Source of the DNA: an uncultured delta proteobacterium
GTDB taxonomy: Bacteria; Myxococcota; Myxococcia; Myxococcales; Myxococcaceae
Direction of reading: 5' to 3'
DNA length: 64,000 bases
Assembly (NCBI GenBank): GCA_963771175.1
Contig: CAVYSY010000003.1
Location: 32,001 to 96,000 of the forward strand
The position numbers and the translations under genes are program-made. This document shows, piece by piece, positions 42,616-54,295 of the stretch. The notes below the pieces were generated by a model. That model made no database searches. It was not told the DNA's origin and saw nothing but the letters and a program-made list of their open reading frames with translations. The first letter of the stretch is position 1; every line of letters begins with the position of its first letter.

Positions 42616-43494
42616 ATGTCCCGTAGCTTTGTGTCCAAGTTCGCGGTGGTCGTTGGTTCGGTGATGGCCCTCGCTGGTTGCAGCTCGGAGCAGAAGCCCG
42701 CCGAGGAGCAGCAGCCGACGCAGCAGGCCGCCGACCTCCACGGCTGTGCGACGCAGGACCTGCCCGAGGCGGAGAAGCTGGCCGTGGAGCAGACCATCTC
42801 CGGCCGCAAGAGCGCCCAGGCCCGCGCTGCCGGCTCGGTGAACGTGAACGTCTACTGGCACGTCATCAACAACGGCACGGGCATCGCCAACGGTGACATC
42901 CCCCAGACGCAGATCGACTCCTCGATCGCCGTGCTGAACAACGCGTACAAGAACACCCCGTTCAAGTTCACCCTGGCGGGCGTGGACCGCACCACCAACT
43001 CCACCTGGTACGCCTGCGCGGGCGGCGGCTGCGAGACGAAGATGAAGACCGCGCTGCGCCAGGGCGGCGCGGGCGACCTGAACGTCTACTCCAACAACAT
43101 GGGCCGCGGCCTGCTCGGTTGGGCGACCTTCCCCTCCAGCTACGCCAGCGCCCCGAAGATGGACGGCGTGGTCATCCTCTACTCCTCCGTGCCCGGCGGC
43201 ACCGCCGCTCCGTACAACCAGGGCGACACCCTCACCCACGAGGCCGGCCACTGGTTCGGCGCGTACCACACCTTCCAGGGCGGCTGCACCGGCTCGGGTG
43301 ACTACGTGGCTGACACCGCGGCCGAGGCCTCCCCCGCCTACGGCTGCCCGAGCGGCCGCGACTCCTGCGCGGGTGGCGGTCTGGACCCCATCACCAACTT
43401 CATGGACTACACCGACGACGCCTGCATGAACACGTTCTCGGCGGGCCAGGCCGACCGCATGGATGCGCTGACCATCCAGTACCGCGGGATTTGA
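42616..43494 (+). CDS. pappalysin/ulilysin-family (M43) zinc metalloprotease lipoprotein, copy 1
   Basis: LAGC lipobox, [24 protein letters not shown] Met-turn. Confidence 0.92.
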   Translation: MSRSFVSKFAVVVGSVMALAGCSSEQKPAEEQQPTQQAADLHGCATQDLPEAEKLAVEQTISGRKSAQARAAGSVNVNVYWHVINNGTGIANGDIPQTQIDSSIAVLNNAYKNTPFKFTLAGVDRTTNSTWYACAGGGCETKMKTALRQGGAGDLNVYSNNMGRGLLGWATFPSSYASAPKMDGVVILYSSVPGGTAAPYNQGDTLTHEAGHWFGAYHTFQGGCTGSGDYVADTAAEASPAYGCPSGRDSCAGGGLDPITNFMDYTDDACMNTFSAGQADRMDALTIQYRGI

Positions 43495-43528
43495 TTCACG
43501 CCTGAAATCCTGAAGCCCTGAAGTCCTG

Positions 43529-43566
43529 ACGCCGGAGCGCCCCTCGCGCTCCGGCGTTTTGCTTTT
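43529..43566 (+). terminator. intrinsic terminator
   Basis: ACGCCGGAGCGC...GCGCTCCGGCGT stem followed by TTTGCTTTT. Confidence 0.85.
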
Positions 43567-43742
43567 CGCGCGGCACGCTCCACGCAGCCGCTCCGCTCTT
43601 CCCTCTTTCACCCGCACTGCCCCGCTCGCGGAGAATTCTCAATATCTACGCGGGTGGAATTTTGCGATACTGTTGTTTTTCCCCTTGATGGAGGCTTGTT
43701 CCTCGTCTAGAAGGAGTAACAACTTTTTCCGGGGAGTCGGAA

Positions 43743-44634
43743 ATGTCGCGTAGCTTCGTGTCCAAGTTCGCGGTTGTTGTTGGCTCGATGATGGCCCTCA
43801 CGGGTTGCAGCAGCTCGGAGCAGAAGCCGGCCGAGGAGCCCACGCAGCAGGCCGCGCCCCTCCACGGCTGCGCCACGCCGACTCCGACCGAGGCCGAGGC
43901 CGAGGCCGTTCAGCAGGTCATCAGCCAGCACCGCAGTGCGCTCGCCGCCGTTGGCTCCATCAACATCCCGGTCTACGCCCACGTCATCAACAAGGGCACG
44001 GGCATCGCCAACGGCGACATCTCCGACGCGATGATCGCCGACCAGATCGCCGTGCTGAACGCGGCCTACGCGAGCACCCCGTTGCACGCTTCACCCTGGT
44101 GGCCACGGACCGCACCACCAACGCCACCTGGTACACCGCGGGCTACGGCACCACGGCCGAGACGCAGATGAAGACGGCGCTGCGCCAGGGCACCGCGGAC
44201 GACCTGAACATGTACTTCAGCAACCCCGGCGGCGGCCTGCTCGGCTGGGCGACCTTCCCCTCCAGCTACACCAGCAGCCCCAAGCATGGACGGCGTGGTG
44301 CATGCTCTACTCGTCGCTGCCCGGCGGCTCCGCGGCGCCCTACAACCTGGGCGACACGGCCACCCACGAGGTCGGCCACTGGATGGGCCTGTACCACACC
44401 TTCCAGGGCGGCTGCGCCAGCAAGCCACGGCCGGCGACGTCGTGAGCGACACCCCGGCGGAGAAGTCGGCCGGCCTACGGCTGCCCGACCGGCCGCGACA
44501 CCTGCTCCACCACCGGCCTCGACCCGATCACCAACTTCATGGACTACACCGACGACTCCTGCATGGACCGGTTCTCCGCCGGCCAGGACACGCGCATGGA
44601 CTCGATGTGGACGACCTACCGCCTCGGCAAGTAG
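43743..44634 (+). CDS. M43 zinc metalloprotease lipoprotein, copy 2 (frameshifted)
   Basis: LTGC lipobox, [24 protein letters not shown]. Confidence 0.9.
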
Positions 44635-44660
44635 TCCGCGCTTGAGGTCCTGAAGTCCCG

Positions 44661-44698
44661 ACGCCGGAGCGCCCCACGCGCTCCGGCGTTTTGCTTTT
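44661..44698 (+). terminator. intrinsic terminator, near-identical to 43529-43566
   Basis: ACGCCGGAGCGC...GCGCTCCGGCGT stem followed by TTTGCTTTT. Confidence 0.85.
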
Positions 44699-44823
44699 CG
44701 CGACGCTCGCCGAGGAGGCTCAATACACCTACAGACAGAAGCTCGCGGGAATGTCGATGTACCCCTTGAGGGTGGCCTGCTCACCACACACCGTGAGCGC
44801 CCTCCATCCCCGAGGTGTTGAAA

Positions 44824-45710
44824 ATGTCCCGTCGCTTCGTCTCCAGGTTCGCGGTCGTTGTTGGTTCTGTGATGGCCCTCACGGGTTGCAGCAGCTCGGA
44901 GCAGCAGCCGGCCGAGGAGCAGCAGCCGACGCAGCAGGCCGAGGCCGTCCACGGCTGCGCGACTCCGACTCCGACCGAGGTCGAGGCCGAGTCCGTTGAG
45001 CAGGCCATCAGCCAGCACCGCGGTGCGCTCGCGGCCACCGGGTCCATCACCATCTCGGTCCATGCCCATGTCATCAACAAGGGCACGGGCAGCTCCAACG
45101 GCGACATCTCCGACACGATGATCGCCAATCAGCTCGCCGTGCTGAACGCGGCCTACGCGAACACCCCGTTCCGCTTCACCCTGGTGTCCACGGACCGCAC
45201 CACCAACAGCAGCTGGTACACCGCCGGGCCACGACACCACAGCCGAGACGCAGATGAAGACCGCGCTGCGCCAGGGCACCGCGGACGACCTGAACATGTA
45301 CTTCAGCAGCCCCGGTGGCGGCCTGCTCGGCTGGGCGACCTTCCCCAACTGGCTACGCCTCCAACCCCAAGGACGACGGCGTGGTCATCCTCAACACCTC
45401 GCTGCCCGGCGGCTCCGCGGCCCCCTACAACGAGGGCGACACGGCCACCCACGAGGTCGGCCACTGGCTCGGCCTGTACCACACGTTCCAGGGCGGCTGC
45501 GCCAAGAAGAACGACTACGTGAACGACACCCCGGCCGAGCAGTCCGCCGCCTTCGGCTGCCCCACGGGCCGCGACACCTGCCGCACCACGGGCGCGGACC
45601 CCATCACCAACTTCATGGACTACACGGACGACGCCTGCATGGACCGGTTCACCGCCGGCCAGGTCTCTCGCATGGACTCGATGTGGACGTCCTACCGCGC
45701 CGGCAAGTAG
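44824..45710 (+). CDS. M43 zinc metalloprotease lipoprotein, copy 3 (frameshifted)
   Basis: LTGC lipobox, [16 protein letters not shown]. Confidence 0.9.
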
Positions 45711-45726
45711 GCCGCGCCTGTGCGGC

Positions 45727-46953
45727 TCACTCGAAGAGGGACAGCTCGCGCAGCGAGGGGTTGAGCGGCGGCGCCGGCTGCCCCTCGTACCCGGTGGTGC
45801 GCAGGCGCACCTGCCGCACGGGGACGGGTGACGGGGTGAGCGCCACGTCCAGGTAGAGCTCCGCGTCCAGGCTCAGGTCTCCCAGCTCCACCTCCTCCCT
45901 CTGGGGCAGCCGGTCGCTGAAGTCCGCGAGCAGGTGCCACGTCTCACCGTCCGCGCTTCCCTCCAGCACGGCGGTCCGGGCCGACAGCATCTCCCTCGGA
46001 TTCATGCCCCGGAGGAGCGCGCGCCGCGGCACGCGCGGCTCGGAGAGGAAGACGGTGGGCCCCACCTCCTGCTCCCGAATGAGCGAGGAGACGCGGTCGA
46101 AGCGGCCATCCGTCAGTGGACAGGGCGCGAGGAGCTCCCCCGGCTGAGGCAGGCCGCTATCGGGGCCCGGGCCCTCCACCCTCACCATGGAGCGCAGGTT
46201 GCACGGCGCGCCACGGCTCACCGGGAGACGCACGGGGACGGGCGGGAGCTCAATCGAGGGGCTCTCATGCACCAGCGAGTAGGCCAGATAGCCGCCGGCG
46301 CCCGAGAGGGGGAACCAGGTCCGCGTGCCCTCGGCGTGCGCCTCCACCGAGAACACGAGCGGGGACAGGTCCTCGCCCACGTCCGTGGGGAACGAGCCAC
46401 CCGTCTCACCGAGCTGTTCCTGCCACACCACCTTTCCTCCGACGCGGAGCACCGCGCGGTACAGCGGGGGCGGTACATCCTCGAGCGGAGGCACCGGCGC
46501 CCAGGAGAGCTCCGCGCGCGAGCCCTCCAACGTGTGGCGCAGGCCGCTGCGCCAGGGCCGAAGCGTCGGGAACTCCGCGTCGGACCTGCCCATGGAGAAG
46601 TGCAGCCAGGTGCGCCCACCGTCGGCGTCGGGCGGCAGCCGGATGCGACAGGCACGTCTGTCACCGGGTCCGGGTCGCGTGGGGTCCGGGAGTTGCTGGG
46701 TATCGAAGACCCGAAGCTCGTGCACGAAGCGCCCGTCCTCCCCGGCCGTCACCGTCACCCAGGGCTCGAAGACGGGCTCGGTGCCGTACGCGTCCACCCC
46801 GTCGGGGGTGCGTTCGAGCTCCAGCTCGGCGCCGGCCCAGGGGCTGCCGTCCTCACGCAGCACCCGGCCCACATAGAAGAGCGGGTCGTCCGGTGCGAGC
46901 TCGCAGGCGGTCCCCAACACCAGCAGGGGGAGGAAACGAGACAGGCGGCTCAT
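45727..46953 (-). CDS. lipoprotein with beta-sandwich domains (C-terminal discoidin-like region)
   Basis: LGTAC lipobox; CPLTDGRFD...VLEGSADGETW...VRQVRL; start overlaps the receptor stop codon. Confidence 0.7.
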   Translation of the reverse strand: MSRLSRFLPLLVLGTACELAPDDPLFYVGRVLREDGSPWAGAELELERTPDGVDAYGTEPVFEPWVTVTAGEDGRFVHELRVFDTQQLPDPTRPGPGDRRACRIRLPPDADGGRTWLHFSMGRSDAEFPTLRPWRSGLRHTLEGSRAELSWAPVPPLEDVPPPLYRAVLRVGGKVVWQEQLGETGGSFPTDVGEDLSPLVFSVEAHAEGTRTWFPLSGAGGYLAYSLVHESPSIELPPVPVRLPVSRGAPCNLRSMVRVEGPGPDSGLPQPGELLAPCPLTDGRFDRVSSLIREQEVGPTVFLSEPRVPRRALLRGMNPREMLSARTAVLEGSADGETWHLLADFSDRLPQREEVELGDLSLDAELYLDVALTPSPVPVRQVRLRTTGYEGQPAPPLNPSLRELSLFE

Positions 46954-49671
46954 CAGTACGTCCCCTTCACGCCCAGGATGGGCAGCAGCAGCGGAATGGC
47001 CACGGGCTGCCTGGCGACGAGGTTCCCCTCCTCCCCCAGCTCGGGAAAGGGGCGGCGATCCATGTACTCGTAGCCCAGCACCTCGGAACGCGCGGTGATG
47101 TTGAGCACGTCGAGGTAGGCCTCCAGGTTGAAGTCGTCGAAGGCCCAGGCCTTGGACACGCGCACGTCGAGTCGGGGGAAGGACGGCAGCCGGGCCACGC
47201 GGTCCCGGTCCTCGGACATCCAGTACGCCTGGCCTCCCGGCAGCACCACCTCGCGCTGGGTGCGCGAGGAGAGCTGGCCGGACTCGGGGCGCCCGGTGTT
47301 GTAGTGCAGCACCGCGCCCACGGTGAAGTTGCCGTCGAACTTGTAGCTGAGCGCCGCGTTGAGGACGTGGGCCTGCTCGAAGGCGAAGGGCAGGTAGCCC
47401 TCGGCGCTACCCACCTCCCTGCCGGTGTCGTCCAGTCGGGAGAAGGAGAGGTAACGCTTGCTCTGCCCGAAGCTGTAGGAGGCCCAGCCGAACCACCGGC
47501 GTCCGAGTGGCTGGCGCACCATCAACTCCAGGCCATACGCGTAGCCGTGGCTGGAGGGGTCCTCCTCGGGCAGCCCCAGGCGTCGGCGACTCTCCAGCAC
47601 CTTGGCGATGTCGAACTCGAGCGTGCGCAGCAGCGGGTTGTAGTACGCGTCGGCGGACACCTCGAGGCCATTGGCGAAGCGGTACTCCGCGCCCACGTCG
47701 AGCTGCACCGCCTCCTGCAGGCCGTGGCGCAGACCGGCGAGCTCGGCGAGCGGCACGGGGACAATCACGGTGGGCGGCTGATGGTAGAGGCCCGCGCCTC
47801 CCTTGAGGGTGAGCTGCTCGGAGAGGGCGTAGCGCCCGGTGAGGCGGGGCTCGAGGGCCCAGTGCTGGAGGCCGGGGACGAGGTGGTAGCCGTCCACGCG
47901 CACACCGGGCACGAGCGTCAGGGCCGCGAATGGGCTTCCAGGTGGCCTGCGCGGAGAGGCCCACGAAGGTGCCAATGGAGACGGGCTCGCGGAAGGCCGC
48001 CGCCGCGTCCTCGCCCCCAGGGCTCGCGTCCTTGAGCAGGCCCGAGATGACGACGCCGCCGCGCCGGTGCTCCACGTCCGCCATCACCTCCAGCGCGAGC
48101 GCGTCCGAGAAGGTGCGGCTGTAGCCGGCGCGCGCGGAGACAAGGCGCTGCGAGAGGCTGTACTCGCCCTCCAGCTCCGGCACCCGCTCGATGTCCAGGC
48201 CCATCCGATCCGTGCCCACGGTGGTGCCAAGCTCCAGCTCACCCCCGGCCAGCGGGAAGCGGCCTCGCAGGTCCACCCGGTGGAACGTGGAGCCGAGCCC
48301 GGCGGACAGGTCTCCCTGCTGCTTCGCCTCCAGCCCCACGCGGTCCGAGCTGCCGAAGACGAGCAGGCGCAGCCGCCCGCTCCCGAGCTTCTGCTCCACC
48401 CGGGCCTGGTAGTCCCAGAAGTTGGCGAAGAACTGGTTGGCCTCCATGCCCTCGGGAGCCTCGCCCTGCATGGCGAGATTGGCGCCCAGGGTGATGAGCA
48501 GCGCCGAGTAGGACAGGCGCCCGGCCAGGGTGATGCTCGTGCCCGTCTCCTGGATGGGAACTTCCAGGAAGCCCCCTGAGTTGAGCAGGTCCGCGTAGAC
48601 ACTGGCGTGCAGCCGGTCCTCGCGCGGCCGGCTCACGTGCCCGTCCACCACGCCCCCGATGAGCCGCCCGTAGCGGGCCGGCGCCACGCCCGGGTGGAAG
48701 TCGATGGTATCGACGAAGTCCGGGTGCACCACCGCGGGCCCGAGCAGCAGGTGGTAGAGCATCGGCACGCGCACGCCGTCGATGAAGTAGCCCGTCGCCG
48801 CGGGCTGGCTGCCGCGCACCACCGGATAGGAGATGCCGCTGGCGATGCTCGCCACGCCCGGCATCAGCATCACCACCCGGAAGGGGTCTCCCATGGTGCC
48901 GGGCACCTCGCGCAGCTCCTGCTCGCGCAGGGTGACGCGGGAGACCTCCGTGCGCTCGCGGTCTCCACGCACCACCGTCTCGTACGGATTCACCACGAGC
49001 GGCTCGAGCGCGTACACCACCTCCAGGCGCTGGCCCTCCTGGAGCTCCTCCTTGAAGGCCGCCGGCTTGAAACCGGGAGCGGTGACGCGCACCCAGCGCG
49101 AGCCCGGCGCCACCGGCAGGGAGAAGGTGCCCTCCGCGTCGGCGCTCACCGTGACGCCGTCACACGTGAGGCTCGCCTCGGACACGGGCCGCCGGGTGCC
49201 CTTGCCGCGCACCCGCCCGGTGAGAACCGTGGCCGGACTCGGCGCGGCGGCCGGAGGCTCGAAGCGGTAGACGAAGAAGAGACGCACGGAGACGGGCTCG
49301 TCCCCCAGGCGCGCGGGGTGGAAGCGCAGGCCCGCCGCCGCGTGCAGCGCCGCCTCGTCGAAGGCCGTGCCGGCGCTCCGGGTGACACGGGCCTCGGCCA
49401 CCCCACCCCGCTCGTCCACGAGCAGCTCCAGCTCCACCTCGTGCGCTCCGGGAGGTGCCTCCAGCGGATACACGGCCGGAGAGTCCGCGAGCAGCGAGGG
49501 TGGCACCAGCACCGCCGTCCCCGCGTCCCCAGCCTCCACCTGGAGACCCGCCTCCGTGGACAGCACCTCCCGCTCCACCGGGAGGCCCGTGCCCCCATCG
49601 TCCTGGCCCCTCGCGAGGCTGGACAGCAGCAGCGAGAACACCGCGGCGAGACACCTCGAACTGTTCGACAC
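46953..49671 (-). CDS. TonB-dependent receptor with an N-terminal TonB-C-like and a carboxypeptidase-regulatory-like domain (frameshift near 47925)
   Basis: FDEAALHAAAGLRFHPA; plug VPGTMGDPFRVV..MPGV..VRG..FIDG; EPRL; RLDVRV; ends LGVKGTY. Confidence 0.88.
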
Positions 49672-49821
49672 GACCCCCCCACTCCCTTCGGAGGACCGGC
49701 CGGCCTCCGAGTCATGACGCGCCAGCGCTCCGGGCCGACGGGGCCAGGAGAATGCCACGACGGTACGGCGAGCGGCGGAGCTCATTGCCTCTCGAAATGG
49801 CCCGTGGCCGAGACGCACCCG

Positions 49822-49864
49822 CAAAAGCAAACAGCGGGCCCCCACGCTCGTGGGAGGCCCGCTG
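49822..49864 (-). terminator. intrinsic terminator of protease copy 4
   Basis: minus strand CAGCGGGCCTCCCACG...CGTGGGGGCCCGCTG stem followed by TTTGCTTTT. Confidence 0.8.
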
Positions 49865-49900
49865 CTCATGTCCGAGACGAGAGGTGTCTCGGGCCGGGGC

Positions 49901-50791
49901 TTACTTGCCCGCGCGGTACGAGGTCCACATGCTGTTCATGCGCGTGCGCTGGCCCGCGGAGAACGTGTTCATGCAGGAGTCGTAGCTGTAGTCCATGAAG
50001 TTGGTGATGGGATCCAGGCCAGCGTAGGTGGTGCAGCTGTCGCGGCCGGTGGGGCAACCGGAGGCGCCCGAGGCCTCGGCAGGCGTGTCGCTCACGCTGT
50101 CGTTGGTGCTGGTGCAGCCGCCCTGGAAGGTGTGGTACAGGCCCGCCCAGTGGCCGACCTCGTGGGTGCCGGTGTCGCCCTGGTTGTAGTTGGTGGCCGA
50201 GCCGCCGGGCAGCGAGCTCTGGAGCACCACCACGCCGTCCTTCTTCGGGGCGCTGGCGTAGCTCCAGGGGAAGGTGGCCCAGCCCAGCAGGCCGCCGCCC
50301 ATGTTGTTGGTGTAGAAGTTGAGGGCGGTCGCGGTGCCCTTGCGCAGGGCGTTCTTCATGTTCGTCTCACACGTGCCACCGGTGCAGGTGTAGTACGAGT
50401 CGTTGTTCGTGTAGTCCGTGCCCGCCAGATAGAAGCTGAAGCCCGCCGCCGAGTAGGCGTTGTTGAGGACGGTGATCTGGTTGTTGATCTGCGTGGTGGT
50501 CACGCCGCCGGCGCCGGAGCTGCTACGGATGACGTGGAAGTAGACCGGGATGGAGACGGCCATGGCGTGCACCTGACCGCCCATCGCCTGCTTCGCCTGG
50601 AGCACCTCGAACTGGGACTCGATCTGAGCCACCTGCTCCTCGGTGAACTCCTCGGCGCCGCAGTTGCGGGGGTCCGCCACCTGGGCCTCGACACCCTCAG
50701 CGGCCACCTGCTCGGCCTCGTCCACGGGACCGCAGCCAACCATCGCCGCAACCGCACCGACAGCCACAACCGTCTTTCCGAAGATACGCAT
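49901..50791 (-). CDS. M43 zinc metalloprotease lipoprotein, copy 4
   Basis: MVGC lipobox, [24 protein letters not shown]. Confidence 0.92.
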   Translation of the reverse strand: MRIFGKTVVAVGAVAAMVGCGPVDEAEQVAAEGVEAQVADPRNCGAEEFTEEQVAQIESQFEVLQAKQAMGGQVHAMAVSIPVYFHVIRSSSGAGGVTTTQINNQITVLNNAYSAAGFSFYLAGTDYTNNDSYYTCTGGTCETNMKNALRKGTATALNFYTNNMGGGLLGWATFPWSYASAPKKDGVVVLQSSLPGGSATNYNQGDTGTHEVGHWAGLYHTFQGGCTSTNDSVSDTPAEASGASGCPTGRDSCTTYAGLDPITNFMDYSYDSCMNTFSAGQRTRMNSMWTSYRAGK

Positions 50792-51086
50792 GTGCCTCCA
50801 CCTTTCCCAATTGGGGGGGTGCCAACTGAAGGGGACCTGATTCCTAAATCAGTCTGGAAAAATGTTCAAACCCCTTATTCTTTTTTAAGCCGGATTTTCT
50901 TGACTCCCCGCGCAAATCACTTTGGGCACAAACATTTGAGACGAAATCTTTCGAGCCACACCGCGTCGCGCGGAATGGAATCTTCACAGATGCAGCATCC
51001 CCCACGCGCCTGTGCGCGGAGGACTCTGGCGTAGCATCCGGGGGACATCGTGAGCCCCGCGGCTCGCGTCCGTGAGAGGAGAAGAA

Positions 51087-52218
51087 GTGAAGGCGCGATT
51101 CACATTGATGGTGGTGGCCGTGCTGCTGCTGCTGCCCCTGGGGGCCCAGGCCGAACCCCGGCGACTGGTGCTGCTCTTCACCGGAGACAACCGGGGGGAG
51201 ATCGCGCCGTGTGGCTGCAAGCAGGAGCCGCAGGGAGGGCTGGCCCGGAGGAAGACGGCCCTGGAGGCGGAGCGGGCCCGGGGCCTGCCGCTGGTGTTGA
51301 TGGACGCGGGCAACGCGCTGTTCCGCGAGCCCACGCGCCAGGAGGAGCCCCTGGTGCAACAGCGGGCGGAGCTGGTGCTCGAGCAGATGGAGGCGCAGGG
51401 CACGGTGGCCATGGCGGTGGGCGAGCGCGACCTGTCGCAGGGCCTGTCCTGGCTCCAGAAGGCCACGCGGGCGCGCGGCAAGAAGATGAAGCTGCTGTCC
51501 GCCAACCTGGTGGACAAGGCCGGCAAGGCGCCCTTCGCGGCCTCCCTGGTGGTGGAGGCCGGCGGACTGAAGGTGGGCGTGGTGGGCGTGTCCCCCGAGG
51601 GCACACCGGCCGGGGAGCCCGGGTTGAAGGGCCGCCCGCCGAAGGAAGCCGCGCTGGCCGAGGCCCGCAAGCTGCGCCAGAGCCGCAAGGTGGACGTGGT
51701 GGTGGTGCTGGCGGCGGTGCCCTACCAGGAGGCCGTGAAGCTGGCCCTGCTGGCCGAGGACGCGGTGGACTTCGTGGTGCAGTCCAACGACACCAAGGGC
51801 ATCGGCATCGGCGAGCTGGTGGGCAGTCACGCCGCCGTCTTCCCCGCGGGGGAGCTCGGCAAGCAGGTGACCCGGCTGGAGCTGAGCGTGGACGGACCGG
51901 GGCCCTCGGTGGACCTGGGCTCGGGCTCACGAGCCCGCAAGCAGCTGCAGCGTGGTGGAGGACAACCTCCTGAAGGCGCACGAGCGGCTGGCCAGCGCGA
52001 AGGACGAGCAGACGCGGGGCGACCTCACCCGTACCATCGTCGAGCTGGAGGGCCGCCTGCGGCAGCTCGAGTCGGAGCTGGACGTAAAGGCGCCCAAGGG
52101 CGGGCGCGCACACCAGCTCTCCTACGTCACCCTGGGACTGGCGGTGGCGGATGATCCGATCCTCAAGCAGCGGGTGGAGCAACTCCAGCCGAGCGGCTCG
52201 GCCAACGCCGCCCCCTGA
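51087..52218 (+). CDS. secreted 5'-nucleotidase/UshA-like metallophosphoesterase-fold protein (frameshift near 51950)
   Basis: signal peptide; LLFTGDNRGEIAPCGC...GGLARR, MDAGN, VGERD, LLSANL. Confidence 0.75.
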
Positions 52219-52221
52219 GCC

Positions 52222-53977
52222 TCACACCTCGCGTCCCGCTCGGACGAAGGCCAGCGCGCTCTTCGCCATCTCCATCGCCAGCCCCACCATCCCCACCTTC
52301 CTCGGGGCCGTCAGCTCGCCCGCGAGGTAGCGCCGCAGCGCCTCGCTCCGGCGCAGCTTCCCGCTCGAGGTGCGCGGCAGCGTCCCCGGCTCCAGCACCT
52401 TCACCGTGTGCGCTCGCACGCCCGTGCCCGCCACCACCGCCTCGCGCACCCGCTCCTCCAGGCCGGCCACCTCCACGCCCGGCGCGTGCTCGACGAGCAG
52501 CAGCAGCGCCTCGTCGTGCTCCCCTTCCGGCGTGAAGCCCAGCGCCACCGCGCAGCCCGTGCGCAGGCCCTCCACTCCCTCCAGGCACTCCTCGAACTCC
52601 TGGGGCGCGTGGTTGGCGCCGCGGATGATGACCAGGTCCTTCGCGCGGCCCGTGAGGAACAGCTCGCCGCCCGCCTCGAAGCCCAGGTCCCCCGTGTCCA
52701 GCCAGCCCTCGGCGTCCAGCGCGCGCTCCGTCGCCTCCAGGTGGCCGAAGTAGCCCGCCATCACCGAGGGCCCTCGCGCGAACACCCGCCCCACCCGCCG
52801 CTCCGGCAACACGTGGCCCAACTCGTCGCGCACCTCCACCTCGCAACCGGGCACCGGGCGCCCCACGGACACCACCTCGCGCGAGCCGTCCACCACCCGC
52901 CGCTCCGTGGCCAGCACCCGCGCGTCCACGCCCAGCGCGCGCGGCCCCCGGCCCGCCGGAGGAAAGGTGACGGCCAGCGAGGCCTCGGACAGCCCATACA
53001 CCGGCCGCAGCGCACCCGCCTGGAAGCCCCAGCGGGAGAAGCGCTCGGAGAAGCGACGCAGCGTCTCCACCGCCACCGGCTCCGCGCCGTTGAGCGCGTG
53101 CTTCCAGCAAGAGAGGTCCACGCCCTCCAGCTCCGCGTCCTTCACCCGCTTGAGGCACAGCCCGTAGGCGAAGTTGGGCGCGGGCGAGACGAAGCCCCGG
53201 TGCCGCGACAGCGCGCGCAGCCACAGCGCCGGGCGCGCGAGGAACACCTCGGGGGGAATCAGCACCATGCGGCCCGGGTAGTACACCGCCGACAGCAGGC
53301 AGCCGATGAGCCCCATGTCGTGGTACAGCGGCAGCCAGCACACGCCCACCGGCACCGGGTCCGTCGGCGGTGGCAGCTCCGCCTCCAGCGCCGCCAGTTG
53401 CGCCATCAGGTGCTCATGGCGCAGCGCCACCGGCTTCGGCTCCACCGTCGAGCCCGAGGAGAACTGGATGAGGGCGAGCGCCTCGGGCCGCACGGGCACC
53501 TCCACGTCCCCCTCCCCGCGAGACACCTCCTCCACCGTGTGGCAGCCGAGCCTCGGGCGCGCCGCCGCCACGGACTCGCCCAGCAGCAGGCGCACCTTGC
53601 CATCGGTGAGCACCACCGCCGCGCCCGACACCTCCAACATGCGGGCCGTGGCGCGGTGGTACTCCTCCAGCCGCCCCAGTCGCACCGGCGGGTAGAGCGG
53701 CACCGGCACCGCGCCCGCCAGCAGCGCGCCGAAGAAGGCATCCATGAAGTCCGGCGAGGTGGGCAGCAGCACCGCCACGCGCTCCCCGGGCCCCACCCCC
53801 AGGCGCGCGCAGGCCGGCGGCGGTGCGGCGGGCGCGGGCGTACACCTCGGCCCACGACAGGGACGTCTCCCGCTCGGCCGCGTCCACGAAGACGAGCCCC
53901 AGCGGCGTGCGCGCCGCGGCGGCGAGCGCCTCGGGGACGGTGGCGTGCTTCACCGCGGGCAGCACCGGCCCCTTCAT
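52222..53977 (-). CDS. fatty acyl-AMP ligase, FtpD-like (frameshift near 53800)
   Basis: IQFSSGST, WLPLYHDMGLIG, APNFAY, YGLSE, LDTGDLG, PRTSSGKLRR. Confidence 0.92.
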
Positions 53978-54255
53978 GACGCGCCTCCGGAGCAGGAAGC
54001 GTGAGGCTCCTGGAGGGTCCGCGCCGCCACCAGGCGCATCAGGTCCCCCACGGTGCTCACCCCCACCGAGTCCTCCACCGACAGGCAGATGTGGAAGCGG
54101 TTCTCCAGCTCCACCGCCAGCACCGTCAGCCCCAGGCTGTCGAGCTGCAGCTCCCTCATCAGGTGCTGTGCGGGCTCCACCGGCCCCTTCCAGTCCAGCT
54201 CCTGGGAGAGGATGCGACGTATCTCGGAGAGGACGACCAGCTCGTTGTCAGCCAC
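53974..54255 (-). CDS. acyl carrier protein, FtpC-like
   Basis: ELQLDSL pantetheine motif, VELENRF, TVGDL. Confidence 0.88.
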   Translation of the reverse strand: MADNELVVLSEIRRILSQELDWKGPVEPAQHLMRELQLDSLGLTVLAVELENRFHICLSVEDSVGVSTVGDLMRLVAARTLQEPHASCSGGAS

Positions 54256-54295
54256 GGAGCACCTCCTGAAAGTCGTGGGGCGGGCGACTCACCAT
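54248..54295 (-). pseudogene. 15-codon mini-ORF MVSRPPHDFQEVLRG, probable deletion scar of a methyltransferase gene
   Basis: ATG overlaps the PKS stop (ATGGTGA); TGA overlaps the ACP start (GTGGCTGA). Confidence 0.45.

Noticed and set aside
43495..45710. CRISPR array or mobile-element repeats
   Set aside because: The repeats are paralogous protease genes and their terminators; there is no repeat-spacer periodicity and no cas gene, transposase or integrase in the window.
51200..51220. Selenocysteine in the UshA-like CxC motif
   Set aside because: The codons read TGT GGC TGC, with no in-frame TGA.
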